From: Vicugna vicugna
Lineage: Eukaryota
Length of the DNA: 64,000 nucleotides
Reading direction: 5' to 3'
NCBI GenBank assembly: GCA_013265495.1
Contig: MU058221.1
Span: 3,348,001 to 3,412,000 of the forward strand
The notes under the pieces: model-generated
The model's input: the letters and a program-made list of their open reading frames with translations, nothing else
Databases searched by the model: none
Told to the model about the DNA's origin: nothing
Translations under genes and position numbers: made by a program
In this document: positions 24,389-38,078 of the stretch, piece by piece
Numbering within the stretch: position 1 is the first letter of the stretch
Layout: each line of letters begins with the position of its first letter

Positions 24389-24536
24389 TTTTTTTACATT
24401 TATATATTTATTTATTTTGAGGGGGGGTAGCTAATTAGGTTATTTATTTATTTATTTTAGTGGAGACACTGGGGATTGAACCCAGGACCTCGTGCAAGTT
24501 AAGCATGTGCTCTACCATTGAGCTATCCCCTCCCCC
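24389..24536 (-). mobile_element. tRNA-derived SINE (camelid vic-1 type)
   Basis: Minus strand GGGGGAGGGGATAGCTCAATGGTAGAGC (A box) ... GGTTCAATCCCCAG (B box) ... (AAAT)n AAACCTAATTA, then C-run and A-rich tail. Confidence 0.85.
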
Positions 24537-26239
24537 TTCCCCATCTTTGTGATCAGTTCAAATGTTCCAGTGCTGCAGGCTCTCGCCCCAGACATGACAA
24601 CAGCTAGCTGAGTTAAAGACACACTAATGGATTGTGGATGCTAAGGGCTCTTTATCTACACTTTATCTGTACCTTACCGACACCCACAATTTTGAGTCCG
24701 GTTTTGAGATGCCTACTGAACATCCAAATAAGGAATGCAGTAAGCATGGCTATCCATTCTCATTTGCACACCAAGCATTTCTCGAGGGTCTGTGTGTGCC
24801 GGGTACAGTGGGGAGTACTGAAGTATCCAGAGACACATTCAAACGCATCACTTTCAAGCCTCACTTACCAAGGTCATTTTGTATTGTCTATTTCCTCTTT
24901 TACTTAATACTGACTAGTAAGTGATGTCTTAACAAAAATGAAGTTCATCAGAGCTCTGACATGTTCCCTTCTGCTAGGTCCATTCAAAATATCTCTTGAC
25001 TTTCCTGCTACTGAAATTATTATTTTGTTTATCTCCCCAAGGACACTGTGAGCTTCTTGGGGCCAGGAATAGCTTCTTTGTGTTTACAACTGTAGACAGC
25101 AACAGTGGATGCTCAATGTAACTGTTGAACTAAAAGGAAAATTTCCACTCTCAAATCCAGTGAAATAATCCATGCACTGATCATCTATTGTAGAAAACAC
25201 TGCAACTATCTCTCTTCATTTCCAAGTTCCCCAAAGCTCACCTTTAAAAATTCAGATCTCACTGGAATGGTTCAAAGACCTCCAGACACCAACTGGCCAT
25301 CCACTCTCCCTTTTCCTTTCTAATAAAACTCATTTATTACTGTAGCAACAATTCTCCTGCCAAAACAACAATATTATACTTGCCAGCCTCCCATACATTT
25401 ATGAGTGCCCATGTGACTAGCTAGACAATGCAGAATTATTCTAGGAAATTTCTTTAAAAGTGTTTCCACTTTTTATCACATTTTGAGGTCTGGCAGAAAT
25501 GATGAATCAATCAGGAAACAATTTAGGGTATGGAAGGCACAACTAAGCCACAAGGAGCCTGAGTTCATGGTGATCATCCAGTTGCCATGTTACTTTTGGG
25601 CTGCATGAGATAAATATTTGAACCTAAGTCTTATTTAAACAATCATTGTATGAAATTTTCTCTAAAATGCAGTTGTGTCTAATCGTGAATATAGGTACCA
25701 TGAATCAGAATTAAATAATCGTCTTGTAATAGGAACTGTTAATAATACTATGTAAGACAACATTTTAAGAATAATAAGACTAAGTGTGGCTAGTGACATA
25801 TGACTCTTTTATAAATACACAGTGAGTGCACTGGATGGTTGTTTAATATGTACCCACAGGATAAGGGTGAAGGACAGTTAAAACACACAGCTGTAATTTT
25901 GATTTGCACGTAGAAATAGCTGCCCGAAGACCCAAGCTAATAGCCTAATTTGCTGTACGAAGTAACAATAAACCAAAATGAACATGGCTTTGCAGAATGC
26001 CAGGTACCAAAAAAAAAAAAATTAAAATCATCAGATTAACAAGTCATTTTAGGTTTTGTGAGATGATCTTGCTTTGCAGACCTTCAGCACATCATCAGTC
26101 TTATGAAGAAACTGATCTTGTGAACACGATTCACGGAAGAAACATGTTCTGAACGAATTACACAGAAACAGTACTGAATATGGATTACTCAATAGAATAG
26201 ATACTGTTATGACTAAAATTAAAGGGAAAAACAGACAAT

Positions 26240-26610
26240 ACCAAGAGCTGCTGAGTATGCAGAGCAACAGGGCATTTGTTGGATGCAAAACATCACAGTC
26301 ACTTTGGAAAAAAGCTTGACTTTATTTTAAAATGTTATAGTTGAAAAACCTGGCAAATATTGTCTTAAGTTACCGATGTTAATACCACCAGGTAACAGGT
26401 AAATCAAAACTGTGTACCACACAACAGGATGCAATGAGAATAGCACAGAACATTCTGGAATGTTCTTTCCAAAAAATGGGTCATTTGAATAAAATCATGG
26501 AAAAACATCAAACGAATCCAAACGGGGGGACAGTCTCCAGAAGAACTTGCCTGTCATCTTCAAAAGCATCAGAAAAGTCAAATAAAGGTTCAGGAACTGT
26601 TCCAGTTAAT
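26240..26610 (+). mobile_element. Old L1 (L1MC/ME-like) 3' fragments
   Basis: gcaaaacatcacagtcactttggaaa; aaaaacctggcaaatatt...gatgttaataccacc; atggaaaaacatcaaacgaatccaaa. Confidence 0.6.
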
Positions 26611-26611
26611 G

Positions 26612-27817
26612 TATGACAAAGGAGCCAAAAGTAAACAATGAGGAAAGGACAGTGTCTTCAATAAGTTGTACTGGGAAATGCAGCAGAATGAAACTGGATC
26701 ACCATACAAACATTTTTAACTTGAAACGGATGAGAAGCTTGACACCACATAAGTCCTAGAAGAAACCAGAAGGAAGCTCCTTGGCATAGGTCTTGGCAAT
26801 GCTGTTTTTTTTTTAACCTACACCAAAAGCAAAAGCAACAAAAGCAAAAATAATCAAGTCAGGCTACATCAAACTAAAAAGCTTCCGCACAACAAAGGAA
26901 ACCTTCAACGGAATGAAGAGTAACCTGCTGAACGGGAGAAACTATTTGCAAATCATACAGCAGACAAGGCGGCTAATATCCAGAATACACAAACAGTGCA
27001 TACAACTCAATATAACAACAGTAAAATACAAGCAAACTCATTTCAAAATGGGCAGATCTAAATAGGTATTTTTCCAAAGGATACATACAGATGACCAACA
27101 GGCACCTGCAAAGATGCTCTGCATTATTAATCATAAGGACATGTAAGCCAAAACCACAGTGAGGTACCACCTCACACATGTGGGAATGGCCGCTGTCTAA
27201 AATACAAGACATAGCGAGTGTTCACGAGGATGTGGAGAAAAGAGAACACTGTGTGCTGCTGGTGGGAAGACATACCGGTTCAGCCACTTGTGGAACACAG
27301 CGTAGAGGCGCCTCATTATATCAGAGATAGAAACCATATTATCCAGCAATTCCGATTCTGGGTATTTATCTGAGCAAAATGAAAACGCTTCCTTAAAAGG
27401 ACATGTTTATCATGGAAGAACACTTCCATGTTCACTGCAGTGTTATTTATAATGGCCAAGATACATACAGTCCAGACAACCCAAACGTCCACTGATGGAG
27501 AAATGGATAAAGAGGCTACCGTGACTATATATACTATATATAGTATATATAGTATATAATATATAATACATGTTATATATATATAACATATATAATGGAG
27601 TATTATTCAGCAAAACTAAGTGAAGTCTTGCAAAATGGACAGAACTTGGCAGTATTACGCTAAGCGACTAAAGTCAGACAGAGAAAGACAAATACTGTAT
27701 GATCTCTCTTATATTTAGAATCTTTAAAAAAATAAATTAAGAAGAACAAGCTCATAGATTCAGAGAACAGATTGTTGGTTGCCAGAGGCAGGGTGGTGGT
27801 GGTGGGAGAGAAATGGG
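26612..27817 (+). mobile_element. L1 (L1MA9-like) ORF2 3' part and 3' UTR, degraded
   Basis: tatgacaaaggagccaa...tacatcaaactaaaaagcttc...gaggatgtggagaaa...agtcagacagagaaagacaaatactgtatgatctc. Confidence 0.9.
27524..27592. repeat. TA-rich low-complexity tract containing a 30-bp perfect palindrome
   Basis: AC TATATATA C TATATATA G TATATATA GT (27524-27553) is its own reverse complement. Confidence 0.9.
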
Positions 27818-30800
27818 TTTTGAATTTTTAGTTCAAATAAACTGAATAAAAATAGAATAAAACAATACGTAAAGCTCTCCAAGATATATTTTAAGTGATA
27901 ACAGCAAAACACAGATCAGTGTGTACAGCTTACTACCACTTGGGTAAAGAACAAAAACAGGGAGGGAAGAACATTTATCTGTGTCTCTCTCTGTATCTAA
28001 ATATAGGCGTGCGTTTGTGTGTGCGTATGTTTCGTATTTGTTAGTATTTTTTAAAAAGCTGAAGAAACAGGCACCATGATAATAATATGCAACAGTCATT
28101 GAACATCTTCCCCAAATGTATGGCCCGTGTTGGTCTTTTATACATGTTACTCAAAAAACTAAAATAATAATACAATATAAACCTATTTGCATAAAGCTAA
28201 GAAAAAAGCAAAGCCCAGCTATACTTTTTAGGGATCCTCATGTAGGTGTTCATCAGTGTAAATTGAAGCAAGGAAGTGATAAACAGGGCACAGTGATAGT
28301 TTGGGTAGCGTAAGCCAATTCTTTGTGTTTGCAGAGAATACAAACAAATAAAAACAGAATTATAACCGAGGCAAAAAATACTTCAAAGAAATGAAGAATC
28401 CTGTCACTGAGCAGTAAAACTAGACATGAAGAGTTTCTTTGAAGATTTAAGGAATTCCTTACTCTGAATATCAGGCAGTTCCTGGGCCTCAAAGCGTCTC
28501 CCCCTGTTCACAGCCACTGAGCACCAGCAGCTGAAATTCAGCAGACTTCTAGTGCTTTTTTCTTTAGACTTCGTCTCTGTGATCTTCTACAACAGGAATA
28601 CTTCTAAAGATCAAAATTAAACTAACTCTTGTAGATTGGGAGTAACTTATCAGAACTACTTCTGTGAGGGAGAACAGTTAAATCTCAAATACTAAATACT
28701 CACTGGTTGCCAGATACTGAGATGAGTCAGAGCAGATGGGGGAAAAAAAAAAGGGTTTCGCCAAAATAAAGAAAATTAACTTAAAAGTGACATGAGCACA
28801 TTGAGAAAGCACTTCACTTGTATGGTATCCCAATTTTGGATCCCCTCCCTTCATCCAACACACGAGTTTGAGCCAGAACAGGTTGTATACTTGTTTGTAT
28901 AACAAATACTGGGTGAGATACTCAAAAAAGGTGGTGACTATATGGTTATATTTAAATATGCTCCTTGACAATGAACTTATACTTAGAAAAAACTCTAACT
29001 GGAAAATAGAAAATACAGACTTTAACATTTCTTCCAGAAAGAAATACTATTTACAATTATAGAAATACAAAGGAGGAAGAAGAGAGTGGAAGGTTGTCTA
29101 GAATCTCCATCCCTGAAAAGCTTTGAACAGAAAATTTGCTTTTAGTGGTTTATAATACCAAGCCTTTTATATTTCTATCAGCTCTAGAATTCTTCACCCA
29201 CAACCCATCCAGGTTTATGATGATAAAGGAAAACAGATGGTTAGGAAATTATATGATTAACAACAGGCTAAAAGAGCCAACAGGATGAATGAACAATTAA
29301 TTACCCATCATGAGATGTACATTTCACTTTGAAAAAGCATACTATGAGAATTTGCTTAAAAATTAAAAAAAAATAAAAAGCAAAACTACACATTTTCAGG
29401 AGGGTCTTTCAGATAGGGCACGGGAAACCCCTCAGTGGTCATTTTAACAAGGGGAGGGGTGAATGTGTATAAGAGCAGACGATATCATGGACAAGCTGCA
29501 GCCTCCCCTCTATTAATCAAATCTTCAGAGCAGCTCCTCATTTCACTACTATATTGAGATTATATAGAGAAAAAGTCTGGTGAGATGCTTAAAAGCTGAA
29601 GATACGATGCTTTCAAAAAAATGACTTAAACGTCACCCCTAGTAATTGCTTGCTCTAAGGGAACATATGAAGCCAGTGGCTAAACGGTATGACAGTCAAA
29701 CTAAAGTGAGCCGGGATTCACGGGCAAAACCTTCCCAGGGGAAGTACGGGAGATTTGTCTCAACTTTACAGGTCGGGAAACCAGACTGTATCCTTTCACT
29801 CACCGGTGATGAGTGTTCAGTAACATTCTCTGTTGTCAAGTCAACCCACTGTCCTTCCAACCCGAGAGTCTACCAGAAAACCAAACTGAGACCTGGAGGG
29901 TGATCGGGGAGTAGGTGGGTGGGTCATGGGTGTTAATGGGTCATAGAGCAAGTCAGGAGGAAGCAGGACACAGGTTTTAACTCCCCCAAGCCACACCGAG
30001 CTCCCTTGGGGGCAGAGTCTGCTGCGCTACCACAGGGCCTGTCACAGCGGGGAGAGGGGGCTGCAGAGCAAGGCTGGGAAGACCAGCAGTGTAGACGGAA
30101 GGTGTCAGCACTCAAGGCTCAGGACTGGGTGGACTGTGACCTCGATCTCGAAGAGTTCTTAATAATCCTGAGATAATAATCCTGCTCTCTGAATTTCCAT
30201 TTTCTTACGTTGCCATCTTTCTGTCTTCTGTCCCATTCTTCTTGCTGCTGCTAAAGACTGTTGAAATTGATGAACGCTTGGACGGTGGCCTGTTACTTCT
30301 GCTTTCCGCTCCTCCTTGAGCCAGTTAAGCACAGTCCCCACAAGAATGTGGGAAAAAGAAAAAATATATATATGGAGCGTGGAGGAAAATGAAACAAAGA
30401 ACGTATGTTAATGTGCAGCCATATGTTGAGTGGATTAGTCACCGTGAGTTTGTGCTTGGGCCCACAACTTGATGGAAATTATTCCACACTGTGGGGACAA
30501 CTGCAGCCTGTGCCATGACAACTGTACCACGGGGGATCATCCGAGGTGGTGAGTACAACATAATAAAACGGTTCCACGGTCGGCTCACATTTAACGGAGA
30601 CTGCTCGCTAATGGGTCTCTCCAGTTAATCCTCAGCCACACGTTTAATTTCTTCACTCCTGTAACTCATTCTTGTTTATGAGGTCAGTTCACGTCCAAGA
30701 CACAGACTCCCACACAACTCTCTGCTCCCAAACCCCTCAAGCAGTTACATAAGACCGTGGCAAGGACGGTCTTAAATGGCTCTGCTGACTCAAAGAACAG

Positions 30801-30934
30801 AAATGCGCTGCTAATAGACCGGGAGATGAAGATTCTGGCCAGGTTCAGCAAAGCAGAATGGAAGGCTTTCCATTTTTTAACTTTTCTGGATCCCAGAAGG
30901 GGGAGGTGAGTATTTTGCACGTAAGTATCTACGT

Positions 30935-31115
30935 ACGGTTGCCAGATTTAGCAAATAAAAATACAGAATGCCTGGTTTAATCTGAATTTCATATACACAA
31001 CAATTTTTAGTTTTTGTCCCCCAAACTGCATGGAACATAGTTATAGCAAAAATTAGATTCTGTTTATCGGAAACTAAAAATTAACTAACTCTCCTCTATT
31101 TTATCTAGCCAGCCT
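30935..31115 (+). mobile_element. MER53 (hAT-type MITE)
   Basis: ggttgccagatttagcaaataaaaatacag...tgaatttcat...tgtttatcggaaact...ttaact...tattttatctagccagcct matches the palindromic MER53. Confidence 0.85.
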
Positions 31116-31996
31116 ACATGTGAATTATCCTGAACTATAGGTTTGCATTTAGATCCCTTAGTCAGATTTTTCTTTGTCTTAAAGATTGGTTTATCTTTCT
31201 CCTATCATCCCATCTGACTGGCTTTATCAGTAAGAAACAAAGCAATTGATTTTTTAAAAATATATTTGGTAGCAACAGAGACAGGGACTAATGTAAAAAA
31301 TGCCAGACTTACTGAAACCATCTTATATCATGATCAGAAGCTTCAAAATCTAGAGTTAATAGTCCATTTCTTTGTTGCCTTTTACTGGAATTACTTTTTT
31401 TAAATATTAACTGCCAGAGTGCAGTAGTCATTGACTTCCTGATGCAACTGGATGTTAAAAATGGAATTCTCTTTTGCGTCAGTTTCAAATGAATCCTGCA
31501 AATGCCAAAAAGGAGCGAGCATTTACACAATCCTAAGGTGAGAGTTGTCTACACAGGCCTTGGAAAATAGCCTAAAACCACTTTAGTAACAATTAGCCTA
31601 ATTCTCAGCTCAAGGGGGTAAAATTATTCAGGCTCATGTAGCTGGAAAGGAGGGTTTTTTCGAGGGGAGAGTCCTTGTTGTGCAGCGAGACTCCTCCACC
31701 CACGGAAAAGCGGAGGATTTGCCTTCCCTCATATCAGCCTTCGTGAGAAGAGCTTCAGGGAGATTTCTTAGCATAATTCATTTTCCGAGTGGGCTGCCAG
31801 CTGATCTGAGCATTGAAAAATAATACGAGGAAAAGGGAAAATGATCTATAGTTGCAGATGTGACTGGTGTGGCTCGCGGAAGCAGGTGGTAAGGCTACTG
31901 GGGGGATATACTGCACTCTCACCGAAAACTGAGCGAAGTTTCATGTTTCTAGAGCAGCAGATATGGTAGGGCTGTCGGCCAGAGCACAGGTTTAAA

Positions 31997-32552
31997 TGTC
32001 CAAGGGTGTTTCCTACAAGGAGTGAGACCAGTTAGTTAGAGGCTGAGGGGAGGTATCATGCGGCCAACCAAAAGAGCAGACCTTTGGCCGTTGCCGGGCT
32101 GCTCCAGGAGGAGGCGGTCAAGGGCAGATCTCCAAGACCCCCCAGGGAACCACTCAGAGAGGCAGTCAGCTTTAGGTCAGATGCTAAAGACCACCACCAA
32201 CCAGAAGAAATTAACTACTTGACGATCGATCAAGAACAAGCTCGTGCATGGCCCCCAGACCTTCTGGCGCCTAGGGGTTGACAGTGTTGACCGCCCTGTT
32301 CCTTCCACATCAACCAATCAGATTGCACAGTAGCTGATCACGTACCTGTGATCCCCCTCCCTCACCTGCCCTTGAAATATGCTTCGATGAAGCCCTTCAA
32401 TGAGTTCAGAGGAGTTCAGGGTTTTCTTGGGCATGAGACACCCCATCCTCCTTGCTCGGCCCTGCAATAAACTTTTCTCTTCTCCAAACTTTGATGTTTC
32501 AGTTTGTTTGGCCTCATGGTGCGGTGGGCACATGAATTTGTCTTGGGTAACA
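31997..32552 (+). mobile_element. ERV1-like solo LTR
   Basis: CCAAT box 32314-32318, AATAAA 32466-32471, typical U5 (tttggcctca..gtgcggtgggcac...gggtaaCA end). The 5' boundary is uncertain. Confidence 0.75.
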
Positions 32553-32864
32553 GAAACAAAGCTAGTTCAAAGGATGTCAGTCTCACACAAGACATTTTCT
32601 GCACTATCTCTGTGTCCTCCCTCTCTTAAACCCATAAAGGCCCAACCACGTCGTGAATGGGAAGGGATGGAAGGGGGACCTCACAGGCAGAGAAACAGAG
32701 AAAGAGGCAATGAGAGGCCACCCCCGAACATCCTGATGCAGGCCCAACCTGAGGGAGAAGTTGGAGAAGCTTAAACTTGAGATGAAGTTCTGAATTTCCA
32801 ACTGTTCTACAGAAAGAAATATTTTAAATATTGAATAAGGTAATCCTTGGGTTAAAAGCAGCCA

Positions 32865-33321
32865 TGTTAGATAGTTAGGTAAGCGGGGGCACCAGGCAGA
32901 TAGGCAGAGGAGAGGGAAGATGGCGTTATGCCCGCCTCCAGCATTTACTTCTTCTTAATGAGCACCAGCAAGAAACCGGTTAGAACCTGACAGCCAGGAC
33001 TGTGCAGTAGCGACAAAGACCTAACCGGACATGACCCAATACTCATTGTAATATAATTAGCATTGCAGATTAGCTCTCCCTCCCCACCCCCCTCCCCAGC
33101 TGGAATTTTCTGTGTGCATCATGGGTAAGGACATGCGCAAAGGAGCCAAACATGACTAAGCATTCCAAGGACAAGGGCCATCAGTCAATCAAGACACTAT
33201 CTGTAAACAAGGGTATAAGAGAATGCGGAGACAAGGGATCGCTATTCCTCGCCGCAACACCTGGTCTCCTGATTTACTGGCCTGTCGTGTGGTGAGCAGA
33301 CCACATATGGACTCGGTAATG
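32865..33321 (+). mobile_element. Second ERV1-like LTR (MER50-like start), possibly nested or internally deleted
   Basis: Starts TGTTAGATAGTTAGG; contains cattgtaatataattagcat and TATAA at 33214-33218. There are two LTR-like ends, ccgcaaCA at 33259 and gtgagcagac...ctcggtaa at ~33320. Confidence 0.65.
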
Positions 33322-35559
33322 GAAAGGGTTGTGCCCTAGGAGGGAGAGAATTGGGGACACAAGGGGCCTCACACTTCCTCTCCTTACAGGGATTCCCCTC
33401 GTGGTTAACATCCTCCAAAGCAAGCTTTCTGCATTAGCACCTGTCAGCTGACTCCAAAATTGATCAAAGAAAACGAATTTTCTAGAAGGTAGAGGAACAC
33501 AGACCACAAAGACACTTCTTATACAAGAAAGCAGCCAACTCACTCACTCCACAGATTTCTTCCTCCTGCCCCCTCTACCCTTAAATGAATCAGTCAAGTT
33601 AAGCTGGCGCCATTTGTCAGGACACTGACATCAGCAAATTACAAACTTTTCAATAGATTTGATCAATACCTGAAATTATGCTAATTCTTCTCTGAAATGT
33701 AGATGAGATTTGTTCAGCAGGAAACACACTGCTCCAAATAATATTGCATTTAGATGTGTGGCACTTCGGCATTTTCAGTATTTCTCTCTGGAGCAAGGTT
33801 TCCCAAATTAAAAACCCCCAAACGTAGTGATGCAATTTGATTCATTGCTCTATTCAGAGAGGCAACAGTTATTACTTTGCAAAGATGAAAGAATTTTGTT
33901 GTTTTCTGGGACAGAAAAATAAGCAAAAAATACATAGCATAAATTTAATATGAGCTCAAGGAAACACCGACATGTTATTATAAATCATTATGTGAGACAG
34001 AGAGAAGAAAACAGCCATGAAATCTCCCTAGATTCCTTCATTTTGGTTGAGAAGCTATTAGGTTTGCTCTGCTACATTCCTAACGTAGTGTGGAAATGGG
34101 TTTACTAGATATACAATGCATCACCTGGTTACCTGTAAAAGAGGAGAAAGCTCCCAGGGGACCACGTCACTGTCATTTGGGAAGACCAGATAGGATGGTC
34201 GGCACCAGTTAACTGGAGACGTAAAGGAGACAAGCCCTGCCTATCGGCAGTTCTCTGCGTTCGGTACTTCGCAGACTTTGTGGACCCTTTCGAACAGGAG
34301 ATGCCAGTTATTCTACTGGATCTTAAAAGTGATGCGAATTGCTACAGGGAGCTGACGACAGAGTGGGAGACATCAGCTTCCGTGTCCGCTGTCCGTCCTG
34401 GTTGAAAGCAGCTAAAGGTCATTGGTAAATGTCGTGTCAACTTCTAGAAGGTCTGAGGACACTCGTAACCTCTGGACTTACAAGCACCTCATTCAAACAA
34501 GACCCCGTGATTGAAAAGAAAAACAAAAAAATAGAGAGAGAGACCAAAAAAAGGAAACAAAGAAAAAAGGAAACGTGAGCAGTTTTTTAAAAGGCAGTAT
34601 AATGATGGTTGGTGAGGCAAGAAGTGGTCCTTCCCCGTCCGTGGTAGATAACGTAAGTAAAAATTAATTAGACATGCACTAGCAATCTCTTAAAAAATGA
34701 AACCTAAGAAGTTTTGTCAAATACGACGGCAAATTCATTTGCTTAGCAAAACGAGGTATTTCACTGGACTTCATTTTTATTTCACAGATGCTTTTTGGAT
34801 ATCTACTGTTTGCAAAGATTTTATTAAAAAAACCATTATGGTCACAGGCAGCTAAAGGCAAGAAGGGACCTTAAATATCAGCACGGCCAGAATCTCCCTC
34901 GCAGCATCCTCCAGCCACGTGTCAAACAAAACCCTTCACCCGTATTGCCCCCTCACTTCACAGACTGAGAAACAAAACACAAGAGAAACTGGACGGCAGT
35001 AAAGATACTGCATAGTTTGTAAACGTTCAATACCTAGGATTCAACTCACTCAAATTCTGCTTCTCCCACTTACCGCTGAAGAGCTTGAGAAGTTCGTTTC
35101 ACCTCCGTCAGCATTTACTTGCTTTTCTGTTAAAAAAAAAAAGTAGCTGTACTTACCACTGTTAGATATTTTTACTTGCCTTTTCAGTTCATTTTAAGTG
35201 TTTTATAAGCAAAAATATTGTCTTTAATGTTTCCGGATTCTGCAAATTTATTTTTTAAGTATAATCGCTAACACAAAAGTTTGTGATGAAGAATTCTATA
35301 CTTCAAGGCCTTTCTGGCTGCGTCTCCTTAGATCCTACTCTTCATTTCTTCCAAGATTCAGAAAATTCTAAAAAGATTCCTTAAATTGAAGACCTAAGTC
35401 TAGGTCTCAGACCAACCAGATACCAATTCTACGGTTTAGATACCAAAATGATTTTTCTGAGTTTTGATTTCCCAATTTCTTTGGGTCCTTAATATATAAT
35501 GAGCCCATATAACATAGACATTCTTCAAGGAGTCTGGATATTCTGTCTCACTCAATCTC

Positions 35560-35700
35560 CAAAATAACACAACAATGGCGGTACTCAGACTTCGTAAAAT
35601 GTCACTATTTTATAAAGAAGGCAACTGAGGTGCAGAGACTCTCACAAGCTTTCACAGCACAGTAAAGCCAGAACAGGAGCCGTGGAATGCTGCCCCTTCA
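35560..35700 (-). mobile_element. MIR SINE fragment
   Basis: ctattttataaagaaggcaactgaggtgcagaga...cacagcacagtaaagccagaac. Confidence 0.6.
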
Positions 35701-37924
35701 GCCTCTGTCTCCTCCTCAGGGCATTCGTGGTAGGGTTACGCTCCCTACTGCCCTGTACCCTCATTTACAGTCTTCACGTGTGCACCACTTCCCTACAACA
35801 CCAGGAGTAACCCGGGCTCCCGACACACCGACTTCACCTTCTGTTATGCTATAGTAACCAACATATAGAGCCTTTCAAAGAGTCAGCTTTTAAAAAGAAT
35901 GAACAGATGAAGAAGTAGACAAAAGAATGAACATGAGAAACAGTTACTATCAGTTCATACAGACGCTTTACGCAAACATGGACTTGGACCAGAAAAACAA
36001 AACTGTACACAGTTACTGGGTGGCTAGTGGAGTCTGAGGCCACGTGTCCTGTTGTGACATTCAGTGGAGTGCACTGCGGTCACCTGGCGCACCAGACGTG
36101 CCATCGTGAAACCCTCGGCTCCCTTTGCTGCATTAGTTCCACCTCAAGCACTTGGGATTGCCGTGGTGCGTTCATCATATTTGGAAATTTGGACCCAAGT
36201 AATAATGTAATTGCAAATTAGTAAATAAACAAACAAATCAAGTGTGTTTGGAGTGTCTGTTGAGATGAACCTTATTAAACATAAGTTCTGAAACCACTGT
36301 ATCTACATCCTTCTCCATTTCTAACAAATTTGAGATCTATGCACCCAAAAATCGTGATAGTGAATGTCAATGAATTTAAGCAAGTGCACGACAATGTTCT
36401 TTATATAATTAGCAAGTCAAATTATTAGTGTCTTACTTTCTATTGTTCATTCATTCATTTTTTTCATGGACCACTTTAAAGGTGGACGCGGAGCATAGAG
36501 GTGACATGGTCAGATGTAGTTCACAAAAGTCTGAGAGCTAAGTGAATGGAGCAGGTAACTGACATGCAGGCGTCAGTAGCAGGGAATGGGTTGTATTTTA
36601 AAGTTTCTTAAAGGGGGGGGTGTTCTACATTGAAATCTACACTTCAGGTCTCAGGACAGACTTTTCAGAAAGACACGACAAGATTTTTCAGAAAGGGAGT
36701 GTGAAGGCAAAAGAGAAAATTACTCATGCAAATATGATGTGTATATATTATAAAGTTGCTAATAGATCTTTTTCTTCCCCGAAAGGAGCTGCCTAATTTT
36801 CCAACTGTAAGTAATTTTAGCCTCAGCAGTGCCCTCCAGGGTAGCTGGGCAGTGGTCTGTGCTGCAGCCTTGTGGACACCAAAGGCGAGAGTGATTTACC
36901 ACTTACGGATCCAAGAGGCTAAACAGAGGTTATAATCAATCTGTACCTTTCAGCACACGTCAGGACATGACCATTTATCCCTAGAGGGAACACACGGCAG
37001 GATGACTGCTCTTTACACAATTGTGAGGTAGGAGTCTATCTGGAAATAAAAGTAACTGCGGAAAGGATGGGGAGTGATTGTAAGGGATACATTTATTTCA
37101 GCTGTAACAGTGTGTGTGTGTTAACGTGCACCTGTATTTGTACCACAGAATAACACACAGAGGAACCGGTCTGACTGCCTGAAAAAGTAAGATAGTTTCA
37201 TAATCCATGACAAAGACTAATAAGAGGGGGCAATTTGTGTGACATTCACGAATGTCCTCAAGCTCTCTTCCTCTGGAGTCATACACATAGTCATAGACAC
37301 ACATTGAGGATACTGACCAAAGAATATGTCCTTTATACAGTTTGCATCATTTTCTTTCAAGAGGTCTCATGTCTTAGAGAACACCATGAGTTCCCATTTT
37401 TCAAAACCCTCTTTTGATCTTCTTTCACATTATTTTAAGTAATTATTTTTCTTTCATTTGTCTCATCCACTGTCCCCCAGACAGACACTTTAAAAAAATC
37501 TTTTGCATTTTTTTTTTAATAGAAAGGCCCTGGAATAGTATGGAAGAGGAGGGTTAGAGTGAATCAGAGAGGTTTATCAACAGGAAGGCGGGCCAGAGAG
37601 AGAAACATGTGGAGAATCCAACGCAGAAGTGCCCGCCGAGCAGCGAGGCTCCTGAGGGATCTGAGAGAAATCACCTTGGCTGGGCAGTGGCCACCAATAC
37701 AGAACCTGAAAGTCACAAGGAGGTACAGATTAACTGGGTCAGAAAATAAAGGAGCCAGGAGAGCAGTCGTTCTTGGCTGGCATCGTGAAGAAGTGTTAGC
37801 AAATGAGACTGGCCAGAGCTTTGATCTCGGCCATTCTGGTTTTGAGTGAGCACACAGCTGACTTCTGCATTAGAGCTGTCTCTAAGAAGGTAAACTGGGG
37901 GACAGCTATAAGACCCTTGGGGTC

Positions 37925-38078
37925 GTGTGTCTCAGACTTTCATGTGAATGTCACGTTGCCTGGGTATCTCGGTAAAATGCACATTCTGATTCATTACAGG
38001 CAATGCAGTATCTGAGATTTTTAATACCTCGCTGTTTCCAAAGGCAAAAGGGCAGGACTTCCTTTTGAGTAACAAGGT
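37925..38078. mobile_element. MER5-family (hAT-Charlie) fragment
   Basis: tctcagactttcatgtg...cctgggtatctcggtaaaatgcacattctgattca...ctgagatt...tttgagtaacaagg. Confidence 0.6.

Noticed and set aside
24455..24536. tRNA gene
   Set aside because: A and B boxes are present, but it continues into a SINE body and A-rich tail, and a second diverged copy has a TSD.
36907..36918. 12-nt micro-exon (tttAG|CCTCTTGGATCC|GTAAGT, minus strand)
   Set aside because: Short, weak polypyrimidine tract; expected by chance in 64 kb.
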